Positions 11,898-21,819 of a DNA stretch of 64,000 nucleotides are shown in pieces. How positions within the stretch are numbered: the stretch's first letter is position 1; each line of letters begins with the position of its first letter. Made by a program: the position numbers and the translations under genes. The notes under the pieces are model-generated. The model was given only the letters and a program-made list of their open reading frames with translations. It did no database searches and was not told the origin of the DNA. Source of the DNA: Anolis carolinensis (lineage: Eukaryota); the NCBI RefSeq assembly GCF_035594765.1, contig NC_085846.1:14991190-15055189 (forward strand), written 5' to 3'.

Positions 11898-12481
11898 CCT
11901 TTGAAGATACAGAAATCCAATGGAAGGCAATAACTTTATGCCAAATCTTAAAATAAAAAATTGAGTGTCTGAGACTCTTAAAGATGCATGAATCCCCCAG
12001 GAAATGATGAACCATCATCAGTCACCATGGAGAGGGAGGGAGGAAAGACAGCCAGTTCCCCTTCTGACAGAGGCAGGAGGAAATGTATTCCTATTTGAGA
12101 CATTCAGTCACTCTAAAGATAGTTATGGAAGCTATATCCTCTGCATGGGTGTGAAGATGGAAAATGGATGATCTGCATTGCATTTTAACAGTTCATTCTT
12201 AAACTGTAATGTACGTCTTGAGGCTGGAGCAACTTGTTTTTTCCCCCCACCAAGTAAATTGGGCTTTCTTCCTTTTTTCTGAGACATAATAGGAGATCAT
12301 AAGATGAGATGTTTAAATGTCAGCAATTTCACTATTCAATAAAACAGTATCTGATGGCTCCTCCGTGTTAGGGAGCATCAATTTCTACCAAGAAATAGTC
12401 AACTGGGCTGTCAAATATGCTCTGCTGGTATGAACCAAAAACAGAGGACCATTATAAGGGAATACTGTTGAACTACTAAAT

Positions 12482-12982
12482 CAGGAGTGTCAAACTCATT
12501 TGCATTGAGGTCCACATCAGCCTTATGGTTGCCTTCAAAGGGCAGTTGAATCCATGGATGATGAATCCGTGAATACAGAGAGCCACTATAATTTTCTTAC
12601 CTAAGGATCAGTGTTCTTTTGTTTTTACCCAACCCGGGTCCCATATGTTATTAACTGACAACTCTCATCACGTTTGATTATCTGCCATGCAGACTTGGGA
12701 TAATGGGAATTGCAACTCAACTGCACTTGTGATCTAAGGTTGAGGAAAGGTAAGAAGACATTTTAAAGTCAGGCATCATAGCCACAAGCCTTGTATCTAA
12801 ATTCAAACCCCATTCTCCTAACAAAGCAAAACAAACTGCAGCCTTCCAGACGTTACCATATCATAATTTCTATCAGCTCTAGTCACAATGTACAATGATT
12901 AGGAATACAGGAGTTATAGTTCAGCATCTGAGGGCCACATAAAATGACAGATTTGGCCTACAGGCCTTGAGTTTGACACGTG
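12482..12982. mobile_element. Old non-autonomous hAT element
   Basis: TIRs CAGGAGTGTCAAACTCA / TGAGTTTGACACG; inverted relative at about 247-814. Confidence 0.6.
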
Positions 12983-13719
12983 TATACTGGATGGATCTTG
13001 AACTAAATCAGTAGGAAGGGTCAGACTTATCATTAGGCAGCCACCTCAGACAGTAGATATGGAAGTATTAATAAGTAGCAAATTAACTTTTTCATTTTTT
13101 ATTATTGTATTTTCAGATCTTGGAAAACTGACTTCTTTTGACCAGACGCCCCAGAATTTCATATAACGTTTCTCTCGGTCTCCTGCCAGTAGCAATGCTC
13201 AGTAAGAGCATGGGAATTTGTAATTTTAAAAAGTAATTTTTATGATTTAGTATTTTTTCTGATGAGACTGGAAAGAGTTTCTTGTTGGATATCTTTATAA
13301 GGATATCCCACTTTATATAACAATATAAAGCAGATGTAGGGGACCGTTCCCCCCCCCCCCCCTATTGTGCCAGGGATTGTGCTCAGTGGTTGCAATTTCT
13401 TTTTGAAATCATACTCACTGCAGACTAGCTATCAGTTGCTCGTACACCAACACCAGCCCAAAGATAATTATTTTAAGTAATACTATTCTAGAATAAGGGG
13501 TATGAATCATTTTACCTTCCAGATGTTATAATCATCAGTATGGCACACTATTGACACTGTTTTGAGAAACATCTGGAAAGCCAAATGATTCCAAGTCCGT
13601 TTCTAGAGTCTAATAGAATAAAAAAAAACCTCCAGATATTTCCAAAGGCAAATTATTGAGATGTTTAAAAGACCAACAGTCTGGAGCCTTGGGGTTGAAT
13701 AAGGCCGAAAGCTTCCTCC

Positions 13720-13760
13720 TCTCAGATCCGGAAAGTCCCTGATGATGACTCAAAGGAAGC
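13720..13760. promoter_or_regulatory. Candidate NF-kB/AP-1/ETS enhancer
   Basis: GGAAAGTCCC 13730-13739, TGACTCA 13746-13752, AGGAAG adjacent. Confidence 0.5.
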
Positions 13761-15364
13761 AGCAAATGGTGCACAAAAATTATCTCTCTTTCCTTGGAGT
13801 TAGCTGGGTAGACTGAAGCATGAAATATGGCTCTTTGGAAAGAAACTGAATGGATGATTGCAGAGAAGCAGGCACAGAATTTCTAGAGTCCTACCTCAAT
13901 TGCCTTCCCCAGTGGGGTGCCATCTAGATGTGTTGTTGGACTACCACTCCCATCACCCAAGGCAGCATGGCTGGATGGTGATCAGAACTGTTGTCCAACA
14001 CATTTGGCATGTATTGGATGCGGAAATAACTTTTGCCCATTCCTAAAATTGCATTTGAGATTACTATATAGCAATCAGCGAAGTACACTCTGCACATGCT
14101 CTGATGATAGACACTTCCAAAATAAAAGTAAAGAAGTAGCATACCTTCCTACATTTTCCAGACAAAAGTTATGGCCAAACAACAGTAAAGTATTATCAAG
14201 CTGGATTATGTTATCAATAAAAGAGTTAGGAGAAGCTACTGCAGTTTGCCTTTCCTTGAACCTACTGGAAAGGGCAAGTTTCCACCCATTCTTTTCATAA
14301 ATCATGCCATGCCCATATATGTAAAATCTATAAACTGTATTTCTATGCTTATAAATCAAAGCTTGGTTAAAGTGACTCGATTCAATAATACCTGCAGAAT
14401 ATTTGGAATAATATACAGTAAGATATTTGTTAAATACAGTCTTCCCTGGGCTTTTCAAAATAATTTGGATAAGTGAATGATGAACAAATAGCTTTTTAAT
14501 GCAGCAGCTATCTCAACTGAACAAAATAACTTCAGTTTTTAGACTTCATTGCTAGAATATTGTTCCACACAAAATAGCATAGGCATGGAGACCCTTATCT
14601 ATTATATTGGATCCTGTTTTGGGAATCTTGGAAGTGGTAATCCAAAAAATATATGTTTCCAGGCTCTCCCTACACGGGAGTATAATTGTTTTGCAATGCC
14701 ATGCTCCTGATCTCCTTTCATGTAGCCACCAGAGAACAGCTCATAGGAAATTGTGGAAGCTTTGGGAACTGTCAGGCAGAACAGCACAAATAGTCCATCA
14801 TCCATATGTGTCATTATGTGCAGGCAGAAGACATTTACATAACTTTTGCAGCCTGAACGATTCACCCAATTAATAAACAACATTAATACATCCAAATTAT
14901 GATATTGGATAGACAGGATTAATTTGTTAGCTGGCATAACCGTGATTTCATGCAGGGTTTGCTTTTTAAAGGGTGGCTGCAACATTAGGGAAAGTGAGGC
15001 AATGGCTTCTCTTTCTCCTTAGTGCTAATTCCTCTCAGGATAGAGCTGTGTGACCTATATATTCCCTAAAGTTACCAGCTGCTTTTATCTGTGGTGGAAG
15101 ATATTATTTCCATTTACAGCAGAGCTTTCCAAAATGTGTGTCACGACATGTTTGTGTGTTGGCTGCAATGTGTAGGTGTGTCGCACGAAAGTAACAAGAA
15201 ACCTCTGAGTCTATGTGAAAAAAGCAATAAATCCTACATTGCACACACACATATATATGTGAAAGGTTTTCAAGAGATACGTTGTGTCCCTATAAATGTT
15301 ATTACAATGTATCTATGTATCCGCATATCTTATAAGGGGTTGGTTTAAGCTGGAGCTGGCTTTG

Positions 15365-15480
15365 CTGTGATTGGCTAGGCTCTGATGACGTCAGGGGGGA
15401 TTCCCTGCAAAGGCAAGACTGCGGTACCTGCCAGCCAATAGAAGAGCGTTCGCCGCTTCCAATGCAAATTCCTGTTTTCC
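15365..15480. promoter_or_regulatory. Candidate orphan promoter/enhancer (CCAAT, CRE, NF-kB, octamer)
   Basis: ATTGG 15370, TGACGTCA 15386, GGGGATTCCC 15396, CCAAT 15435 and 15459, ATGCAAAT 15462; locally CpG-rich. Confidence 0.55.
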
Positions 15481-15960
15481 AGTGGCTGACAAGGTGCAGG
15501 ATGGAAACTTATGACAAAGGAGACATAGTTTCATGATGGGATTACATTGTTCCTTCTCTGGGACAAACTAAGTGGCTATGCATTTTATTGTGAAGATAAT
15601 GGCAATATGAGTCCCCAGTGAATGGGTCCAATGCCTCTGGCTCTGCTGTCCATTGAGTCCAAAATCAGAAATATTGTCTAAGATGATGGGATCAAGTGGT
15701 CAGTTCCTGGGAAAGGGTAAATGTCACTGTTGGAGAACAGGGCATTTATTTATTTATTAGCGACATTTATATTCTGCCCTTCTCACCCCAAAAGGGACTC
15801 AGGGTGGCTTACAAGCCATATGTACATACAATATATTATATTATTCATATAGCACAATATAAGCATTATATATTACTATATTGTACTATAACACTATATT
15901 GTAATATTATTAGTAATATTACATAGAATATAAATATACCATTATAATAGTGTATTATTT

Positions 15961-16110
15961 TATTATGACACAGCAAACAAGATAGATATGTTGGATTTTG
16001 TATCACAAAATCACAAGTCGAACACTTCCCAAGTGTCTAGAACTGTGTGATGTATTTTCGGATGATGCGTGCAGATCCCAGTAGGGTGGCCTTTTGTAGT
16101 TGGCAGATTG
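15961..16110 (-). mobile_element. Dong/R4-clade non-LTR retrotransposon 3' end
   Basis: - strand ICQLQKATLLGSARIIRKYITQF*, then 3'UTR ending in a TAA-rich tract. Confidence 0.7.
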
Positions 16111-16204
16111 TCCTCGGAATGGTTAAGCCCCCCCACCACGTCAAGGTGGCACCTGTGTGTGTGTGGGGGGGGGGTGTATTATTATTATTCTTATTATTAT
16201 TATC

Positions 16205-16397
16205 GGGCTGTGGCGCAGGCTGGAGAGCAGCTGCAATGAATCACTCTGACCAGGAGGTCATGAGTTCGAGGCCCGCTCGGAGCCTATGTTTGTCTTGTCT
16301 TTGTTCTATGTTAAAAGGCATTGAATGTTTGCCTATATGTGTAATGTGATCCGCCCTGAGTCCCCTTCGGGGTGAGAAGGGCGGAATATAAATGCTG

Positions 16398-16400
<3 letters not shown>
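16205..16400 (+). mobile_element. tRNA-headed SINE with L2-like 3' tail, followed by (TA)n
   Basis: GGGCTGTGGCGCAG...GAGTTCGAGGCCC head; CCGCCCTGAGTCCCC...GGGCGGAATATAAAT tail. Confidence 0.65.
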
Positions 16401-16446
<46 letters not shown>

Positions 16447-16560
16447 TTACATTAGAATATATTTAATATTATATGCATATACAATGTATTTCATTATTAG
16501 TATAGCATAATATGATTATTATATATTATTAATGATCTTCTCCTCATTGGAAGTGACTTA

Positions 16561-16711
16561 AGGCCCTTCCAGACGGGCCCTATATCCCAAGATCTGATCC
16601 CAGGTTTTCTGCTTTAAACTGGATTATGTGAATCTGCACTGCCAGATAATCTGGGATAAACAGAAAACCTGGGATCAGATCCTGGGATATAGGGCCTGTC
16701 TGGAAAGGCCC
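16561..16711. mobile_element. PIF/Harbinger-like palindromic MITE
   Basis: Long inverted arms starting GGCCCTTCCAGAC; relatives at about 3134-3260, 5547-5675, 28032-28180. Confidence 0.65.
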
Positions 16712-17272
16712 ATGCTCAAGCCATTGCACTAGTATCAAAATTCCTACCCATTCTTACTTTTTGTATAGAATTGTACGACAGAAAATGTGTGCTGCACTAT
16801 ACAAAAAAAAAGCATTATATTCCACTTGAACAGCCATTGCAACATACCATAAAGTCTTGGGATTTCCTGTTTAGAGAGGAATATTTGGAGTTAGCCAGAG
16901 AATCCGGCACTTCACCAGCCTATGACCTCCGGGCTTCACAAAGGACGTCATTATGGCAGTTGAAAGATGAATATAGGACTATAATTGTGTCACTTAAAAA
17001 CCAGGCTTGGACTTACAAAACTTGATTTCTAAACCTTCAAACATATCATTTCTTTACTCATTTGGCCCAAAGGAGAGGCAAGGAAGAAGGGGCGGAGGTC
17101 CCTTTAAAAAGAAGTGTCCAGGTGAGTAATAGAAAAGCACTGATTTTGGAACGCAGGACACTCAAGAGCATGGAGCTGTGACAAATCAAGTGGGATCAAA
17201 CTGCATTAATTCTACAGTGGAGACACTCTAAGAAAGTTAGTGGGGCACTAACAGTGGAATCACACTCTAGCC

Positions 17273-17641
17273 CAGGCATGGGCAAACTTGGGCCCTCCAG
17301 GTGTTTTGGACTTCAACTCCCACAATTCCTTAACAGCCTCCTAACAGCCTGCTGGCTGTTAGGAGGCTGTTGAATTGTGGGATTGAAGTCCAAAACACCT
17401 GGAGGGCCCAAGTTTGCCCAAGGCTGTTAGGAGGCTGTTAAGGAATTGTGGGAGTTGAAGTCCAAAACACCTGGAGGGCCCAAGTTTGCCCAAGGCTGTT
17501 AGGAGGCTGTTAAGGAATTGTGGGATTGAAGTCCAAAACACCTGGAGGGCCCAAGTTTGCCCAAGGCTATTAGGAGGCTGTTAAGGAATTGTGGGAGTTG
17601 AAGTCCAAAACACCTGGAGGGCCCAAGTTTGCCCATGCCTG
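17273..17641. mobile_element. hAT MITE with tandemly amplified right arm
   Basis: Perfect TSD CTCTAGCC; four tandem ~71-bp right arms. Confidence 0.9.
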
Positions 17642-17697
17642 CTCTAGCCAATACTAGTAGGCCTTTTAAATTTTTCCCCATCTTATGTACAGAAATA

Positions 17698-18005
17698 CAG
17701 TAGAGTCTCACTTATCCAACATAAACGGGCCGGCAGAATGTTGGATAAGCGAATATGTTGGATAATAAGGAGGCATTAAGGAAAAGCCTATTAAACATCA
17801 AATTAGGTTATGATTTTACAAATGAAGCACCAAAACATCATGTTAGACGACAACTTTGGCAGAAAAAGTAGTTCAATATGCAGTAATGCTATGTAGTAAT
17901 TACTGTATTTATGAATTTAGCACCAAAATATCACGATATATTGAAAACATTGACTACAAAAATGCGTTGGATAATCCAGAACGTTGGATAAGTGAGAGAC
18001 GACTG
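17698..18005. mobile_element. TcMar/Tigger-like non-autonomous element
   Basis: TIR CAGTAGAGTCTCACTTATCCAA, TA TSD. Confidence 0.85.
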
Positions 18006-18235
18006 TACCTTGAAACTCTGGCTCCATTTACACTGCCATGTAATGCAGCTTGAAACTGCATTATATAATCAGTGCAGACTTAAATAATGCTGCATTATGT
18101 AAGTCTATACTGCCTATACAATGCAGTTTCAATCTGCATTACATGGCAGGTGGATGGGGTCACAGCAGCCAAACAGGACTGCAAGCAAGCAACAGCTCTT
18201 TTTCAATAGAGATGTTCAGCGAGAGAGTGTGTACA

Positions 18236-18290
18236 AAACTACAGTTCCCAGGAATCCCTGCGTTTCCGGTTCCTTGAATCCAAGATGTCG
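18236..18290 (+). promoter_or_regulatory. NDUFA3 core promoter (ZNF143/SBS-like, ETS, YY1-like)
   Basis: ACTACAGTTCCCAGGAATCCCTGCG, TTCCGG, CAAGATGTCG overlapping the ATG. Confidence 0.7.
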
Positions 18291-18300
18291 GGGCTCAGCA
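18285..18300 (+). CDS. NDUFA3: NDUFA3 coding exon 1
   Basis: ATGTCGGGGCTCAGCA|gtaagt right after promoter motifs; phase fits exon 2. Confidence 0.8.
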
Positions 18301-21300
18301 GTAAGTGCAAGAGCAGTGCATCTAATGCTTGCTCCGGGGTTGTTGGGTCAATGCATTTCCTAGCAAACAGAGAACTCCTCCGCTTGAATAAGGGAATAAA
18401 AGCTTTGGGGACATCTCAGTATATATATATTTGGAGGAGTGTTGGTTTTGGGTGGAGAAGGGAGGGCAAGGGCATTGAAAGGATAACTTGCTTGAACTCT
18501 TGTAAAGAAAAAAAAGGGTTTGAAGACTTGATCTAGGCGATGTTGTGTGACCTTTTATGTATTTTAAATAGATGTTAATGGTTTTAGGTGTTCAGTTTTA
18601 GATAGCTCTAGTTTTAATTTTATTTCAGTGTGTGTAGGCTTTTAAATTATTTTAATTGTATATTGTTTTTAGCACTATTCGCTGTAAGAGAGATAACAAC
18701 AACAATAACTTGCCAATGGCAAGGGAATGCAGTTGAATTGAGATTAATGGTTGTACTGTGTGGAAGGTGAGGTGTGCTTCTACACTGTCGAATTAATGCA
18801 GTTTGACACGACTTGAACTGCCATGGCTCAATTCTTTGAAAGTATGCGAGTTGTAGTTTTACAAGGTCTTCAGCCTTTTTTTGTCAAAGAGGGCTGGTGC
18901 CCCACCAAACTACATCTCCCAGGATCCCGTAGCACTGTGCCATGAAAGGTAAAGTGGTGTCAAACTGCATTAATTCTACAATGTAGCTGCACCCTGGGTC
19001 TGGAGTTGTCAAACTTTTTTTTATTGATGTTCCAGATACGTTATTTATAGGAAATGTTGCCTTCAATAAGGCAGCATTACACTTGTTTTACTCAGTAGCG
19101 AGTCTCATTCAACATGTGTAGATGACAGATATTTCTGCTGTGCATATACAGTAGAGTCTCACTTATCCAAGATAAACAGGCCGGCAGAACCTTGGATAAG
19201 CGAAAATCTTGGATAATGAGGGATTAAGAAAAAAGCCTATTAAACATAAAATGACATTATGATTTTACAAATTAAGCACTAAAACATCATGTTTTACAAG
19301 AAATTGACCGAAAAAGCAGTTCAATACACAGTAATGTTATGTAGTAATTACTATATTTACGAATTTAGCACGAAAACATTGCAGTATTTACTACAAAAAC
19401 AATGACTACTAAAAGGCAGACTGCCTTGGATAATACAGAAGCTTGGATAAGTGAGACTGTACTGTACTATACTGTACAGCAATTGAAATCTATTAGCATG
19501 TGGACAATTTTAACAGAAAGGAGGAAACCATGAAAATGAACAAAATCTGGCTACCAGTATTTAAAAAAAGGACAGTAAATAAAGAGCAACACTCAAAAAA
19601 ATAGATGAATTCTAGAAAAGAAACAATTAGGGCCAGCTAACACCTCCCAAAAAAGGGTCCCCCCAGGCAGGAAGCAGCCAGGCTTTGAAGCTGCAAGGCC
19701 ATTCAATGCTAATTAAGCTGGCCAATTACAACATTCACACTTGCCTCAAGCAGACAGGAGTTTTTTCTCCCACCCTGGACATTCCACAAATATATAAAGC
19801 CCACTTGACTAGTTTCTAACAGACCTCACAAGCTCTGATGATGCCTGCCATAGATGTGGGCAAAACATCAGGAGCAAATGCTTCTGGAACATGGTCCTGC
19901 ACCTGGAAAACTCACACCAATCCTGTGCACATATACTATTTTATTTATTTTCAATGTTTCTGTTCCACTTTTCCATTACTAATGTTCAGTGTTTCTTTAG
20001 AACAATAGTTCTCAACCTGTGGGTCCCCAGATGTTTTGACCTTCAACTTCCAGAAATCCTAACAGTTGGTAAACTGGCTTGGATTTCTGGGAGTTGTAGG
20101 CCAAAACACCCGGGGACCCACAGGTCGAGAACCACTGCTTTAGAATAAAAAAGGACCTAACCAGATCAACAACAATTTTTAAAAGTAGGAGCAAACCAAG
20201 ATACAGGAGGAGCCAGCAAAAGCCTTAGAGATATTTAGTGTCTATAAAATACTTTTCTTTGCAGTGGGTAAACAAGTGGTGCCAGTGACTGTTCATTTAG
20301 CTTCCTTAGTGTGGAGGCTGCTTTGGGGTTGACTTAATTCTTTCAATACTAGAAGACAAAATTGATCTAACTAAAGTTCCCACAGTGCTCCTTTCTGTAG
20401 GTCATCTATCACTCCAATTTTCACCTGTTTCGACGTATTAGGACTTCCTCATCTCTTGCCAGAGGCCCAGGTGTTTTTAAAAAAATCCTATAAATTGTGT
20501 ATGTTTCTTTTTTCTCTGTCCTATAGAAGTTGGAGCATATCTGAAGAATGCATGGGCGAAGGAGCCTGTGATCGTAGTCTCTTGTGCCCTTGGTTTTGTA
20601 GGTGAGTTCATGTATTTCCTTGCGGCTCAGACATCGTTATTTTAATAACATCCCACTCCCATTGTGGTACTAGAGGCAGCATATAAATGTTCACTTCTTG
20701 TGTTCTGGTTACTTACATGAATCAGACTACTTGGCTTTAGCAAAGGTGCTATATTATAGCTCTTCAAGCCATTTCTACAGAACTTAATTTACTGCTCGCT
20801 CTCTCTCTTCTCTGCCTTGACTGTTTACTGCACAGGACTACCTTTCCATCAGGGAAGGGTTATGGCTTGGTGCATATACAAGGTGGCAATTCTAGGGAAG
20901 GTGACTGTTTGAAACTGGACAACTGTTCCCAAGAATGTGATGAATACTGAGCTAGACAGATCTCCAATATCTGCCAGGTAATTCTTTTCTGATGCAAATC
21001 TTTGTTTTCTTTCTCCATTTCAGCTGTAATACTACCCTGGATCAGTCCCTACACTAAATACAGCGGCATGGCCAACGAAGCTGTACCATATGCGTATCCA
21101 GGTACAGTCAAACCTATAGTGTTCATTTGTTTCAGATGTGGTTTCTGTTCTTTAGGGGATTACAGTGACCTAGTCTTTAAGTAGGGAAAACCATTTCTTG
21201 AAAGAAATATGTCTGTTGGTGAAAAATGAAGTAGTAATTCTATCTCTATAATTATATAAAAATCCTTTAGTCCCTAAATTATTAGCTTGCAGAGACTGAG

Positions 21301-21819
21301 GTATTGAAAATCATTCACACTTAGGATTCCTGTATTTGCTTTGCTGGTGCTTCCTTGGTTGTCTTTGCATGCCCGTTTTCTTTGGAGGCCTAAATTGTAC
21401 TGGTAAATTCTCAGCTGTAGTTTTTAATACTTGATATTTGGGTAAGGAAGGGAAATTCTATTTGAGTGCCATTATTCTCTCCCTGCCCCAACCCCCCAAA
21501 AGAAGGCTATCCTTCTGGTTGTTTATGCTTTTGGAAAGATGTGATATTCTGAAGTTTTCGGATAGCTCCTAAGGCTGATTTTGCTTTGCGATGTCACATT
21601 TTTTAGTGTTGCATTCAGATAAATGTTTTTAATGACTCCCTCTCCCAGAGATACTTAACTGTATCAGGCTGCAGCTGAATACAAAGGCATGGCCACTTAT
21701 TTAATTGTCCCTCTCTCTTGTCCTCAGTTCCAGTTCGAGATGATGGCAACATGCCAGATATACCCTCCCATCCCTGCGATAAGGAAGGCCCAAGCCTTGA
21801 TTGGCTGAAGAACTTCTAA
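18285..21819 (+). CDS. NDUFA3: NADH dehydrogenase 1 alpha subcomplex subunit 3, 86 aa (multi-exon span)
   Basis: Join(18285-18300,20527-20601,21024-21101,21728-21819): [86 protein letters not shown]; AATAAA at 21878. Confidence 0.95.
18770..18995. mobile_element. Harbinger-like MITE (GTGCATCTACACTGTAGAATTAATGCAG family)
   Basis: Inverted ends; relatives at 4960-5070, 27720-27927, 41710-41905. Confidence 0.6.
19149..19464. mobile_element. TcMar/Tigger-like non-autonomous element
   Basis: Same TIR family as 17698, TA TSD. Confidence 0.85.
19520..19925 (+). mobile_element. Penelope-like element 3'/pLTR fragment with degenerate hammerhead
   Basis: CTGATGA-GCCTGC...GTGGGC-AAAAC-ATC-AGG motif; homologous to 41005-41475. 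Confidence 0.7.
20003..20137. mobile_element. hAT-Charlie-type MITE
   Basis: Perfect TSD CTTTAGAA. Confidence 0.88.
20527..20601 (+). CDS. NDUFA3: NDUFA3 exon 2
   Basis: 75 nt, [18 protein letters not shown]. Confidence 0.95.
21024..21101 (+). CDS. NDUFA3: NDUFA3 exon 3
   Basis: 78 nt, [13 protein letters not shown]...PYAYP. Confidence 0.95.
21728..21819 (+). CDS. NDUFA3: NDUFA3 exon 4
   Basis: [16 protein letters not shown]...WLKNF*. Confidence 0.95.

Noticed and set aside
17354-17641. Regular direct repeats resembling a CRISPR array
   Set aside because: No unique spacers; tandem MITE arms in a vertebrate genome
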